64,000 nt of DNA. It comes from an uncultured virus (IMG/VR IMGVR_UViG_3300009034_000029) (lineage: Duplodnaviria > Heunggongvirae > Uroviricota > Caudoviricetes). The stretch lies in IMG/VR virus record IMGVR_UViG_3300009034_000029. The stretch is one strand, 5' to 3'. Shown in pieces: positions 1 through 12,771 of this stretch. The position numbers and the translations under genes were made by a program. Each line of letters opens with the position of its first letter. Position 1 is the first letter of the stretch. The notes beneath the pieces are model-generated. The model was not told the DNA's origin and searched no databases. It saw only the letters and a program-made list of their open reading frames with translations.

Positions 1-56
1 AAAAGGCCAACGTCCAAGATGTAAAGGAACTCGAAAAGGTTAAGGAGGTATGTGTA

Positions 57-3028
57 ATGGAAAAATTTATAACAGCCGATGGACATGAGTGTGATTTAAA
101 GGACTATCCCATAGGAAGTTTTGTAAGGTTAACGTACGAGCCCATAGGATGGAAAGTAGAGTTGTTGGTGTGGAATGAGGAACTACAAAAACAAGTCCCA
201 AGAATTACATGTACAGGAGAGAAGATCCTGAATATTGATGAGGTAGATATACGAACAGAAGACAATGTGATGTGGCTATCTCCAGCAACAGTCAATCATA
301 TGGCAGTGACAAGAACAAAGATTGCAAGAGGAGCACCGGCAGCAATTTCAGATGAGATATGCATATATCAAATAGAACTAGATGCAATCGACAAGGAGAA
401 TCTACCATCATGGCCATGAAAGAAGAAAACATAGATAGGGACTTTAGGAAATACTTCGTCAAGAAGATGAGAAAGAAATGGAAAGGCAAGACTCTAGGAC
501 AAATATCAAGGAGGTGATAAAATGAGTGAGATAGTAATAGAATTAGTACATGTTAAATCGACCAAACGATTCCATAGATTTGAGGAACTTAACCGAGAAC
601 CAAAGATGACTGTCTACGTCAGAAAAAGTGATATGGGTGATGTAGCATGGCCCAAAGCACAGATGACAATGAGACCACTGCCTGGAATCGTGAATGAGAC
701 TAAAGCTGAATTGAATCAAGTATTTAAAGAAGAACAACAAAAACCACAGGAGTGATGTAAATATGAATGTACAAAAATTAAGAGCCCTGATGATCAGGCA
801 CATAAATATGTATCATAGAATCGAAATACAGGAAGGTGATTGCTGGTGGCGTAATTACGATGATCAGACCACCGGTGAACAGATACAACAGGCTAGTGAT
901 TTGGAGATCGAACAGTTAGGTATACAAATCCATCAGATCTCTGTTGACGGTGGGTGTAAAACAGCTATGAGCATAGTACTAGGGATGATGTTAGAGATAT
1001 ACAGTGATAGGGACTTTACTAAGACAGACATTGTGGTACTTATGAATGTGTTGAGTTCAACGAGTGAATGGGCAACATAAGGAGGTATGTATATGGATAA
1101 ATATAAGTTTGACAAAGACGATGATCAAAAGACCATACATTGGATATTATTGGCTATAGCAAATGAACAGGCCAATCTGGTAAAAGAAGTAAAGAAGGTA
1201 CACGAAGCCATTATCAATGTCAGCGGAATGTTACAGTAGGAGGAATGATATATGACCGAGGAAAAGAAGAAGGTAACGCTCGAACAAAAGTTGTTTGATG
1301 CACTAGAACAGTATTACCGTAGGCCACCGACTTATATCAAATGGTTTCTTGAAGATGAGGAACTTACGTTAAAGAGGCTATGTGAGGAGGTACATCAGAT
1401 AGCCCACGATGATGACTGGAGAGAGGCTCTGGAGATAATACTTAATATAGTGTATTATGATACTGAGTTGACAAACAAAGACCAAGGTAGGTTCATCGAC
1501 ATGATAGATGATACCGAAGCACATAGTAGTTAGGTGATGTGTATGAGAAGGTATGTTAAATGTCCGAAATGTGGGAAACCAATTCCGAAGAGTTGGCTGA
1601 AGGGTATTTACATTTGCACAAAGCTTGGTGGACATATACGAACAGGGAGGTGAGTATATGACCAAAATACGAACTACAATAAGTACCGCATCTGGTAATA
1701 AAGAAGCAGACTTTGAACTACAAGACAAGACTCATTTGAAAATGACAATGTATGCCAATTCAGGAGAACGAATGGCTTGGGTAGGTATAAATATACATCG
1801 TTTGGAGAAGATAATAGACTTCTTCAAGAAAGGTGAGTTGTAATAGGAGGTGAATGTATGAGTGATAAAGTAAAATGGAAGGAATTTGAGGCTGAGTTAG
1901 TTGACAGAATAAAAGAAATTACAGAGTGCAGTGAAGTGGATATACATGAGTCAATAAGGACAGATTACAAGATTGAGTTTATTGTCTACGACTTTGAGAA
2001 AAAAACATTAGATAAAATAGACCAAGCAGTGAACGATGTGCACGATGAAGTCTGGGGTAAAGAACCAGTAGGGATGAAGATCTCAGACTGGGAGATATGT
2101 CCAGTTATTGAAGGCTGTCATTTGAGAATAAAAATTTGGATTTAGGAGGTATGTATATGGTTAAGGCCGAGACATGTGATCTTGTTAGAGCTGAGTATCA
2201 AGAACAAACCAAACGTTGGAAGGCCAAATTGATTTGGACAAAGATGAGAACAATTATTGCAGAGTGGGATGTTAAGGAGATATCTTTCAGTGGTTGTGAC
2301 GGACATTTAGATAACAATGTTCCGGGGGAAGTATTACAGATATCATTGACACCAACAATGCAGGGATATAAATTAAGTGTCCTTGTTGAGCATGATACGT
2401 TGTATGTAACACAATATAAGGAGGAATGAACAGTGAGTAAGCCTGCAATAGATTTGAGTGATGATTATACGAATGAACTTATGTGTAAGATTGTAGAACG
2501 ATTGATGGAGCATATGTCTACAGAGACAAAATATTGGTTTGCTGAACAGGTAGATCAATCGATGTCAGATATTTCCGATCATAGTGACCCTAAGGATATG
2601 TTAAGAGACTTGACGTTCTATGGTATATGGGACATTATAAATAAAGTATGTATGGAGGAATAATGCATGACGAGTAATGAAGAGCTTAAGAAACTGATAG
2701 AAGAGAAGTTCAGAGAACAAAGGAAGAACATTGTGATTTGTTGGATAGAACTGAACATCGTAGCACTAGCAATGTTTATTTACCTAACCCTATAGGAGGT
2801 GATTGAATGGTACACGTAGAAGGATATTTAGTATATGTAATTGACCATGAAGTATTGGGAATAGTATGTGTGAGAACGACGAGTGATAAGTTGGCGAAGA
2901 GACTATCAGTGTATGATATCAAAGCAACGTTAAGAGGTCTCAACGTACTAGGTGGAGCAATAGGCCAACATTACACGGCACAGGAGTTTCTGAAGAAGTA
3001 CCCAGCACCATCCCCTTTACCAATTTAG
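57..3028 (+). CDS. Run of ~14 small hypothetical early proteins (e.g. 57-419, 522-755, 763-1080, 1252-1533, 1858-2145, 2433-2663, 2807-3028)
   Basis: Tightly packed co-directional ORFs, most preceded by GGAGG(T) SD motifs; no recognisable domains. Confidence 0.75.
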
Positions 3029-3393
3029 ATTGGCTATATTCAGGTTCCTCGGCTGCGATATGGTTAATCTGGGTATGGGTATTTAGTAGAGTAGTTCAGG
3101 GGCGAGGAGTAATATTCGTTGAACCGAACAAGCCCTTGGCCTGGGTTGAGATGTTCATGTGTTTGGCTTTGGCCTTATATGGAATGCGAACGTTCTACAA
3201 CCAAGTCCAACGGCGATGAACTAAAAAGGCCCAACTCCAAGAGGGTGAACAAGATCAGAGTGGTTGTGAAAATATATGGAAATTGTTTGAAGGAGGAATG
3301 ATTTAACGTGACCGAAATGGAAAAATTGGAATTAATAATGTTGTTTATGGCGGCAGTGATACTTATGTCGCTATTGGTAAAGATAATCATAAT

Positions 3394-4344
3394 GTGGTCG
3401 GTGATTTTAATATGAAGGAATATATTGGAGATAGAATGGAAGTTTGGAATGTTAGTGGAACAATGAGAGCGATATTAGAACTTAACGGCAAGGTAGTGAG
3501 GGTATTTGACAAGATATTACAAATCACGGATACGCGTCCGAGCGCCAATTGGAGCGAGCGTGGTAAGATTACGATCATAACCCCGAAGCCTATTTCAGAT
3601 CGATGGATGTCCTATCAACTCTCAGTAACCTATGATAATCTGATGTTACGAGTGAAAACTGTGTATAATCCAGGAGCGTATTGGATATGACTAGGTCATT
3701 TTCTTACCAAAATTTCTATTTCTACCACACTTACCACAATATTTATATAGGAAAAGATGGAACATTAAAATACAAATCAAATGATTAAAGGAGCCCATGA
3801 AACGGAGGTGACTACATGAAAAAGGAAGAATTTATAGGAACGGATCTATGGCTCTTTCCCAAAAAGAAGTTAGACGGCTGTACATATTTCAGTGCGGAAT
3901 TGAAGAATGCCAAGAAAAGGAAGAAGACAGTAAAACAGTGGAATGAAGTCTATGGTGTAGATACTAAGATGGATTGGGTAAGACTACTTATCAATTACAA
4001 TATCTGTAATAACGGGGATATAAGGATTCGATGTCCAGATAGGAATTTACAGTTGTTAAGGGTCACAGAGACCAATAAGGGTTATCCGAGCAAATTACAT
4101 TTAAAGATACAAACATGGTAAACAAGGAGGTATGTCTATGAAAAAGATGTTAGAGCCCTTGACTCCTCAAGAAGAGGAGTTATGGAAAAAAGTAAAGTCG
4201 TGGGTAGTCAATCATTTCATTGACTATCGTGATACGGAAGATGAAGATATCCGTAGGAATGTGGAGTTATATCAACGAACGCTTGATAAACTCAATGGTT
4301 ATGTTGAATATGCGAAGGGTATTGAAGTAGCCATGAGAACGTGA
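3394..4344 (+). CDS. Three small hypothetical proteins (3411-3690, 3816-4121, 4132-4344)
   Basis: ORFs with SD motifs (ggtga, ggaggtga, ggaggt). Confidence 0.7.
3735..3770 (+). promoter_or_regulatory. Archaeal TATA-box promoter (TTTATATAG) with a conserved downstream element
   Basis: tttatataggaaaagatggaacatta in an intergenic gap; near-identical to the motif at 11150. Confidence 0.65.
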
Positions 4345-4530
4345 AGGAGGGTCCGGTGAGAACGAGTATGGGTCAAAAAATAAGATGTCCGAGGAAAGGA
4401 TGTGGAAGGATATTGCATGTGAAGGGTAAGTCGTATCTTTTCGTGCGATGTCTATGTGGGTATGGTGCACAAGCTCCAAATACTTCAGAAGGTAGAGTAA
4501 TGATTGCAAGTCTTAGTAGGAGGAAGGCCA

Positions 4531-5052
4531 ATGAACGTGTATAAGAAAGGTCATGGATGTATGCAGTGTGCACAGACTATGGGATGGTCAGGGTATACGA
4601 AGTTTCATCAAAGGTACTATTGTTCGTATTGTGAGATTACACTTTATGTCGATGATTTCAGTACAGAGAAGTTTTGGTTTGATGCAGATGGGAAACCATT
4701 GAATGGTAAGTTGGATGAAAGAGTTTGGTTGATAGGTCAGTATTTGGAATGGCAAAGAAGACCGCTGTTTTGGGAGCGGGGAATAAAGCAAGATAGTGTG
4801 GTGAGTAAATTGTTTGTAGAACATGCAATTATAGAAAGTGTAAGGAAGTTTTTAAAAGAAAGAAGTGATATGGCTTGGACTGCGAAAGAGATTGCTTGGG
4901 AACTAAAGATGTCAAGGATGGAGGTAGGTATTGCAGTAACGCAGTTAATAACTGATGAGGGTGTTGTGGTAAGTAAGTTTATTGAGGGAAGGTATAGGTA
5001 TATATATGAGGGTAAAAAGGAGGTAGTTAAAAATGAGCAACAACAGACTTGA
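4531..5052 (+). CDS. Zn-ribbon plus winged-helix protein
   Basis: CMQC...CSYC at the N-terminus; C-terminal AWTAKEIAWELKMSRMEVGIAVTQL...EGRYRY wHTH pattern. Confidence 0.6.
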   Translation: MNVYKKGHGCMQCAQTMGWSGYTKFHQRYYCSYCEITLYVDDFSTEKFWFDADGKPLNGKLDERVWLIGQYLEWQRRPLFWERGIKQDSVVSKLFVEHAIIESVRKFLKERSDMAWTAKEIAWELKMSRMEVGIAVTQLITDEGVVVSKFIEGRYRYIYEGKKEVVKNEQQQT

Positions 5053-5306
5053 ACAAGAAGAGTTGAAGTTTAAGAAGATGATACTTGAGGAATTTGAGAA
5101 ACTAGGATGGGAAGGAGTTATCTCCAACATTGATGATGTTGATGTGGTATTAACGGCTATAAGAGGAGCAGAAGCAAGGATAATGAAGGAGGCAGACTAA
5201 TGAGTATCTGGTGGAATATCTCTATGGTATTCCTTGGGGCTATTATTGCAATAACATTATGGTACCTTATTATAGAGCCTTGGCTAAATAGGAGAATAAG
5301 TAAATA

Positions 5307-6104
5307 ATGAGCGAAGCAAACATACTCCGAGCATCAGGTAATGTTTGGAATGTAGAGTCTAAGGGTACGAAGGGTAAGTGGTATCAGGTTAGGTTGAAGG
5401 GTAAGAAATTAATATGTAACTGTGCTGGGTATCAGTATCGTGGGTATTGTTGGCATGTTAAGACAATACAGGAGAAGTTAAAGGAGAGTGTGAAGAAATA
5501 TGACTGGGAGACTGGGATTTACTTTTGGCGTGATGGTGGGTTGCGGTATCAAGAGTCTATACCTTTATCTAAGATTGGGAAGTACTCGGGTACTATCGAT
5601 TGTTATTACGATCTTTGGAAAACGCCACTGGGAAAAGAAGAACCGGTTGTGGCACCGCTTTATTTCATTCTAAGCCATGGTGTGGATAGGGATTATAATG
5701 ATGTGTTGGAAGATGTAAGGAATTTGGTATTTCTATTGAAGGCCTTAGGAGTTAAGAAACTCTTTATATGGTTCGCCGGTGGAGATGATTGGATTAGTAG
5801 GAGAGAAGTGTTTAATATTACGGTACCACCTAGTCAGTTGGGTATAGCAGTGGAGTTAGTAACTCCTCAAGAGTGGCAGAGATACGCATGGTATTTTAGG
5901 ACGTATATGACTATGGAGATTGAGAGCATTGATACATGGGTGTATAGTACCGAGAAGGTTGGTGTATGGAAGGTACCAAATACTAAGTCATCAAAGACCA
6001 ATTTGTATAAGATTAGAATTACTGAGCAGGAATTAGCTAATTGGAGTATGAAGAAAATTATGGAGTTGGCTAAGTATCCAAGGTTAAAACCGATAAGGAG
6101 GTAA
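5307..6104 (+). CDS. SWIM zinc finger fused to a degenerate AEP/primase-like domain
   Basis: CNC-x8-CWH SWIM motif; the C-terminal part follows the viral AEP layout (PLYF.., IWFAGG, IDTWVY, VPNTKSSKTNLYKI) but lacks the DxD and His catalytic residues. Confidence 0.55.
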   Translation: MSEANILRASGNVWNVESKGTKGKWYQVRLKGKKLICNCAGYQYRGYCWHVKTIQEKLKESVKKYDWETGIYFWRDGGLRYQESIPLSKIGKYSGTIDCYYDLWKTPLGKEEPVVAPLYFILSHGVDRDYNDVLEDVRNLVFLLKALGVKKLFIWFAGGDDWISRREVFNITVPPSQLGIAVELVTPQEWQRYAWYFRTYMTMEIESIDTWVYSTEKVGVWKVPNTKSSKTNLYKIRITEQELANWSMKKIMELAKYPRLKPIRR

Positions 6105-6110
6105 TATAGT

Positions 6111-9100
6111 ATGGAAGTAATTATGAAGGTGAAATGGATTAGTGTACAACAAAAAGGTGAAGTTAAACATTACCGTACCCCTTCAGACATCAGAGAACAT
6201 ATGGCACTAATAGGTACAGTATACAGTCGAGTACTAAATGTAAAAGCAGATAACGATGGGTTCAGTGTTTTGTTAATAAAAAGAGGCGAAGTACATACTG
6301 GACATATTAAACCACAAATAAGATTCATTGTAGGGAGGTAATAACATGTTATGGGATCGTATTGAAAGTCTTTTTATACGGTTTAAAGGATGGTGGTGTG
6401 AGAACATTGGACATGAATGGACAAGTCATGTTATAGATAATACGAAGTATACTATATGTTATAGATGTGGTAGTCTTAAAGAAGAGGTGATATAATATGT
6501 CTGGTAAGAAAAAGAGATATAAAGGATTTGCAGAAAAGTTAATGGAAGAGCATTATAAAGAAATAGATGAGCAAGGAGCTTACAAAGATCTTAAACCAGA
6601 AATGTCCGAAGAGGAACTTAATGCAATGGAAGATGATGAGGTGATAAATAGTGCCGATTGTGAAACAGAAGGTAGGGAATGATAGTAATACATATATTAC
6701 TGTAGATCCAGGTAAGGATCCTATGGGACGGCCTAAGAAGATTGTAATAATTGTACATGATCCGAAGGCTGAGATACAACCACGTGAGAGTGCATGGACG
6801 GAGACTATACATATAAAGGTGAAGTGAATGACTGACTATCCAAGGTATTGTCCGAAATGTGGTAAACAAGGAAAACTCAAACGAGAGGGTTCCGGTTGGC
6901 GATGTCGTAGTTGTGGGTATGGGTTTATACCTATATTGAAGAGACCGACAACTGCAGCTAGTACATTTGCGGATGTAGTAGTAAGGAGAGATAAGTAATG
7001 GATGGTTATTCTAAAAAAGAGTGGGAGAGGATAATGGAAATGCAGACTGAGTGTGTATGTGATATATGTATAAAGAATAAGAATTGTGAGTTACAAGATA
7101 AGATCATCGAACAAGTAAAATTAAAAAACCCAAAAGCAAGTAGAAGGTTCGAGATGAAAGAATGTCCCGAACTTGTAGAAAAACCAAATTTAAGTGATTT
7201 CATAACGTGAGGTGATAAAGAATGTCGTATGATTTCAAAGCAGAAGATAAACCAGTTCCTCAAGAAGAACCCAAAAAGGAAAAGAAAGAGAACAAGTGGA
7301 TAAAGTGGCTTAAAGACTTTATACAGACCAAGAAGTTCGTAAAGGCTACAGTGACTGGTAGTACACTACTGGTAACTCTGATATTGATTGCTTTGTTGAT
7401 TAGTATGTCAGCTGGCCCCGGAGCAGTAGGCCTTTTTGGAATAGGAGTAGCTGCAGGTGTATTTGCAGAGGCAATGTTCCTCTTGATGATGGAGAAAACA
7501 TAAATGGATAAATGGAAAATTTGGAATATGATGTGGCTGCTAGGATTTTTTGTAATGGCAGTTGCAATCATAATCCTAATAGGAGGTATGATATATGGTA
7601 CAATGTGAATATTGTAAGGATGAGATCAATCCAGAGGTTGATTCTCATGTGATATACAAGAAAGTAGTATACACGAGCATTGAGGAGTTTCTTCAGCGTA
7701 GAGCTGTTTCAGAGATACATGAGTACTATTATTGTAGTGATGAACATTTACTCAATGATCTTATACAAGATGGTGTGGAGATACCTGAAGATATGATTCC
7801 AGTGAGAGAACCAGAACCACCACCTTTTGACCCAACGGAGTTGGATTAAATGAGATTGATAAAGACAATCTTGGATAAGATTAGAAAGATGAATTGTCCA
7901 ATATGTGGACGGTTCATGAAGAGAACTACTCATCCATGTCGGTATATTAGGGATGCACAAGTCACTGCATTTAGATGTGTTAGTGATGGATACGGTGTAG
8001 CAGAGTTGGTATAGATGGTCAAGGATAAAAGATTAATTGGTGGTTATGTAGATTTCGAGGAAGAGAAACTCATAAAACGAGCAGTGAGTATATATAATAT
8101 GATTAGACCTATAAAGTTAGGTTCACAGATACGATGCGAATGGATGGATGCACATGTTGGCAATGATGTCGAGAAGGATGATTTGCAAGATATTACAACG
8201 ATTATAACATATGGGGTATTGTATCAGGTAGGTTTTAATCATATTGTGATTATCATGGAACACTACGGTGATAAAGATGTTGATATATTTCATCCTGATA
8301 TGGGAAGAAAGGTAACAGTGGTACCTACTTTGAATATAGTGAAGATTGAGGTGAAGCAATGATAATCTGTGAATATGGATTTGAAGCAGAGGATTCAAAC
8401 AATCCTGGATATTCAATATTAGAAGTGGACTATTATGCTTGGATACCAAGTGCAATGAGGAAGACTATGCCAAATCATAGGTTGTCATTGAGAAAGAATC
8501 TCAAGACTAACGAGTATGAAGTATACAGACATTTTGTAAGAGCCATACAAGGTATGTTGATACTCGGTGGAAAATTTACACCAAAAGTACGTACACATAT
8601 CAGTGCGAGGACTCAGGATGAAATAGCATTCAAGTCGAAGAGTTTACAGGATGCAGTGAGTTTTGCAAATAGTAAGTGGAATAAGTATCATGCAACAAAG
8701 GACTACAAACGTATGGATGATGAGGTGTGTATACATAAACCACCAGTGTTACATTGGATGTGTAGAAAATTCTATGGAGATAATAAGAATGACGTGGCCA
8801 AAAAGGATTAAACTCGACAATCGAAATGTAAGGTTCATATTGGCTATGCTTAACGACAGAAAGTTGATTACCCTATTCCCGAAGGATAAGAATACAGATC
8901 AACCACAAGAGAAATATGTACAGTGGCTAGGAACTATTCGGACCAAATTCAAGGATTTAGGTAGAACTCAGTGGCAAATCATTGCTACGCCTGGTGTTCA
9001 AGCGCGGGATCCTATGAAAATGTCAAAAGAACCTGATTTGAGAAAGAGGAGGTGACTGTATGGTTAAAATACAGGATTGGTTGGATCAGATAACAGACTC

Positions 9101-11112
9101 AGCATATAGACATGTAGGAGAGTCTGCAAAGATGGAAGAATTCCTACAAGATGTTGAACCGTTTTTACACGGTTTGGCTTCTCATATATGGATAATGTAT
9201 AAAAATAAAGCAGGAGGTAAATGAATGACAGATTGGAAGTTAACTAAAGATGAACGTAAAGAGATCTTAAAACAGAGAGCCGAGAAATGGATGAATGATA
9301 TTGATGCCAATATGGCTTCAGTGAGGATAGTGGTGAATAGATTCGTATCAGTGGCGAATTACCATGAATCTGATTTGTCAGAATTTCATAGATATGTTGA
9401 GAAAACTAAAGATGGACTGACTCAGTTGCTTTCGACTATTGAACATATAAACAAGAGGGATGAGTAATGCCAAGTATGATAAGAGGTTTAATCATAAACG
9501 TGGATTATAAGAGAAATATGATAACAGTTAAGACAAACTACAGGACAGTTACGCTGCGTCTTCCTAAAGATGTAGTATCAATTAAAGTAAGAGATGATGT
9601 TGTATTTTATTATGACGTTCTCGGAGTACTGTCTGCAAGAGGCAGGAATACTACGATACATTATAGACACGGACAGGTTATCTATGCTCACGAAACAACA
9701 GACTGTAGTGAATGTCCTCTTGGATGTAAAGAAGAAATGAATGCTAAGATAATACCAAAATTAATACGAGGTGAACCAAAAAGTGGAAAGAATACCTGAA
9801 ATACCAAAACCAACAAGGCCTGAAGTTCCAGAAAAACCTAAGACACGTCCGCCATCAGTATCAGTAAAGATGAAATGTGAGAGATGCGGGGATGCATACA
9901 GAGTTGAATCAAAGCCTCGATCATGGGTTTTGAATTTGAAGTCTAAGGAGAAAAGTGTAACAAAGATCGTGCCTGAGGGTGGTAGGACTTTAGAAACGGC
10001 AGAAAGATATGTCGTTTGGTATACCTGTAAGAAATGCAGGAAATTAAAGAAAGATAGTAAAAAACCGGAGGTGTAATGAGCCATGCCGTTAAGTAGAGAA
10101 GAGTTAGAAAAACTGTCGAAAGGTGATAGAGAGCGTGGAAAAGCGTTACTAGAGAACTATGAGATTGTTCTTCTGGTTGAAACAGAAGGATGGGATACTC
10201 CAGAGATAACAGAGAAATTACAAGTCGCAACCGCAGCAGTCTTGAGAAGACTACATATCTTGAGAAAAGCTGGACATCTTCAGAGATTCAATGATGGAAA
10301 GAAATACTATTGGATCGCAACAGAAGATGGAATACTTTGGGCTCGTCGAATGAAAAAGGAAGCAGACGAGAAAGAACCCGCAGTTGAAGAGGAACAACCC
10401 GAACCAGAATTCTAAGGAGGTAGATAAGAATGAAAGATAAGATGAAAAGAGTGCTACTTGGAGTGTTAGTTACTAGTGACAATCCGTTGAACATTGAGCA
10501 GTTGGCTATTCTTATCTCACCACAATTTACAGAAGAGGACTATAAAGATAAGGAACCATTTCATAGGGCAATCTATAGGGCGTTGAGATCAATGCATATG
10601 ATTGGACTGATTGAAAAGATGTACGGTGAAAAGGGATTGACTTGGTGGAAATTTTCTTTTGGGGAAGTGAGAAAGAGATATGCCAGTCGACAGGGTTAGA
10701 TTAGAGAAAGCAGCGAAGACTAGAGAGGAACTAGAGAAAAAGGAACCTAAGGTAGTGGAATATACAAAGGGTAGTATCAAGTCTGTAAAGTTACAGGATG
10801 GTACTATCTTTCGTATACATCCCACAGGGATGAAGGAGAGAATTAACAAGAAGTCTGGAACGACAAATACATGGAGGTAAATGAATGAAAGCAATATCGG
10901 AAGATAGTATGGCAAAGATGATGGCGATCATGGAACAAGCATTACAGAAGAACCTTGGCGAGCAATTTTACATTGATAATAGATCAAAGATACAGAAGAT
11001 TGTAGTGTTGACTGTGGCAGAAACAATTAGGATGTTCGATGAACTTGAAACAATGGACTTTGATGAGAATGGCAACGTTCCTATTCCAACATATGATCAA
11101 TTCATTACCTAA
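6111..11112 (+). CDS. Run of small hypothetical, Zn-ribbon, membrane (7222-7503) and wHTH (10083-10415, 10430-10699) proteins
   Basis: Packed ORFs with SD motifs; CxxC pairs; helix-turn-helix patterns. Confidence 0.7.
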
Positions 11113-11142
11113 TGATCAATTTATCATTGCTATATCTATGAA

Positions 11143-11180
11143 CCATAAGTTTATATAGACGAAAAGAGAACATTATAACC
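11143..11180 (+). promoter_or_regulatory. Archaeal TATA-box promoter
   Basis: ccataagtttatatagacgaaaagagaacatta upstream of the SD and ATG of 11203. Confidence 0.65.
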
Positions 11181-11202
11181 AATTAGGAGGTGTAAAGAAC
11201 TT

Positions 11203-11487
11203 ATGCCAATAACACGTGATCAATTCAATACGGCAGTCGCACCCGGATATAACTGGGCTGAGGTGTTAAAACCTGACTTAGCTTACAGCGCGAAGGAAGT
11301 TTCTGAAATATTCCAGAAATCACAGAACGTTGTCCGGAAGGCATTAATTGCAGCAGTTGATGCAGGTGTACTCGAAGTGAAAGAGATAGGGCGAGCTCGT
11401 CATTATGCTTTGGTGCTGGGAGAAGGTGGAGGCTCCACTGAACCCGCAACTGAAGAGAAAGAGGGCGATGATGAGTACCCTGAGTAG
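11203..11487 (+). CDS. Small winged-helix DNA-binding protein with acidic tail
   Basis: YSAKEVSEIFQKSQNVVRKAL...LEVKEIGRARHY; acidic C-terminus; own promoter and terminator. Confidence 0.6.
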   Translation: MPITRDQFNTAVAPGYNWAEVLKPDLAYSAKEVSEIFQKSQNVVRKALIAAVDAGVLEVKEIGRARHYALVLGEGGGSTEPATEEKEGDDEYPE

Positions 11488-11547
11488 GGGGAATTAGTTT
11501 CCCCTCACTCCTTCATTTCTTTTTTTCCAACCACGACCATTTTTTTG
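11482..11547 (+). terminator. Hairpin plus oligo-T terminator
   Basis: gagtagggggaa-ttag-tttcccctcactc followed by T-runs. Confidence 0.6.
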
Positions 11548-11578
11548 TCGTTAAATCCAATAAACAAGACGAGGTGTC

Positions 11579-12661
11579 TTGATGTCTGAAGAAATTAACC
11601 CAACAATAGCGGAACAGCTAACTGGCTGGGCAACCTCCCATAAGGAGAAGCCCGAGAAGTACATAAAGATCTTTATGGATAAGATGGTTGATGTGGAGTC
11701 ACATCATCCTAGCTGGTCTGTAGAGAAAAAAGAAGAACGTGCAATATCTTTAGCACGTGCGGAAATTAAGGCTCTACGGAGAAGCCCTGCGATTTACTTC
11801 ACAGGGTTCATATTAGGAGCATCTGCCCCACGAGATATTTATGGACATCTAAGGGTTAGAGCAAATCAAGCGGCACAAGAAGATTTCGATAAAGCAGTGC
11901 GGGCTCGATTGGTAAATCCAGATGGGGAGCCACTAGATACACGGAAGAACCTAAGTTCAGGTAAGCCGAATCCGAACTATATGAAGAAAGTACCCCCAGC
12001 AGTCTTTATTAAGAATGTTGTGGGTGCAGTAGCACCAGAGACCGATCCAAAAGCTATGAAGCCATTTGTCATGAATATGACGAGAGAGATGGCTCAGGCT
12101 AGAGTACCAATAGGAATTAAGGCTAAATTCCGAGCCAATATGCAGAGACGAATGCCAGAAGATCGGTATTTATTGAATAGTTCGGTATATACAAGATTCG
12201 AAGAACTACCAGATGAAAGCTGGACTGAACAGGCCAAAATAGAGATGTTGCAGAAACATCCAGGATTTGTTCCGTTAGGGAAGTTAATGGATTGGAATGC
12301 AGCGAATGTCGCTGATATGCAGAAGGTTATTGTAACTGAAGGGGATGTTGTAGCTGTGTCTACACAACCTTCAGAGACAGGTAATCTTCGAATGGTACTG
12401 GAAGATACGTCCTTAGGAATGGATGCAGATCCAGTTACGGTGTTTATGTCGGGTGATATGAACATCGATTTCGGACCTGGAAGTAGAGTGTTAGTTATTG
12501 GACGACTGAATGTCGGCCGAGGTCTGAACAGAGAAACAGGGCAATTAGATCCAAACATTAAAGTACCCGTTATTGCTGGGTATGGAATATATTCAATGCC
12601 AGAATTTAGGAGACCACCAGAAGAAGTTTCTCCACAAGAGTTTAAAGACGTAAATCTATAG
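11579..12661 (+). CDS. Putative OB-fold ssDNA-binding (RPA/SSB-like) protein
   Basis: C-terminal OB-like strand pattern (VTEGDVVAV...MVLEDTS...FGPGSRVLVIGRL); located upstream of a recombination-type ATPase. Confidence 0.55.
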   Translation: MMSEEINPTIAEQLTGWATSHKEKPEKYIKIFMDKMVDVESHHPSWSVEKKEERAISLARAEIKALRRSPAIYFTGFILGASAPRDIYGHLRVRANQAAQEDFDKAVRARLVNPDGEPLDTRKNLSSGKPNPNYMKKVPPAVFIKNVVGAVAPETDPKAMKPFVMNMTREMAQARVPIGIKAKFRANMQRRMPEDRYLLNSSVYTRFEELPDESWTEQAKIEMLQKHPGFVPLGKLMDWNAANVADMQKVIVTEGDVVAVSTQPSETGNLRMVLEDTSLGMDADPVTVFMSGDMNIDFGPGSRVLVIGRLNVGRGLNRETGQLDPNIKVPVIAGYGIYSMPEFRRPPEEVSPQEFKDVNL

Positions 12662-12761
12662 GAACGTAAGATATTGGTATGCTCGACCAATATGCCTCCT
12701 TGTAAGAGGGGATGGTCAGTTATGATTCTTCCCCGCATACCTCCTACGAAATTCCTATAGA
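12655..12761 (+). ncRNA. Structured RNA closed by a bulge-helix-loop motif
   Basis: 10-bp stem tctataggaa/ttcctataga, 4-bp helix cgta/tacg, 3-nt bulge aaa; inner stems ggtatgc/gcatacc and cctc/gagg. Confidence 0.55.
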
Positions 12762-12771
12762 TAATTCATAA

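Noticed and set aside
12094..12738. Long antisense ORFs (e.g. 12094-12738, 17883-18419, 43568-44044)
   Set aside because: Shadows of real genes on the opposite strand, with no SD or domain signal
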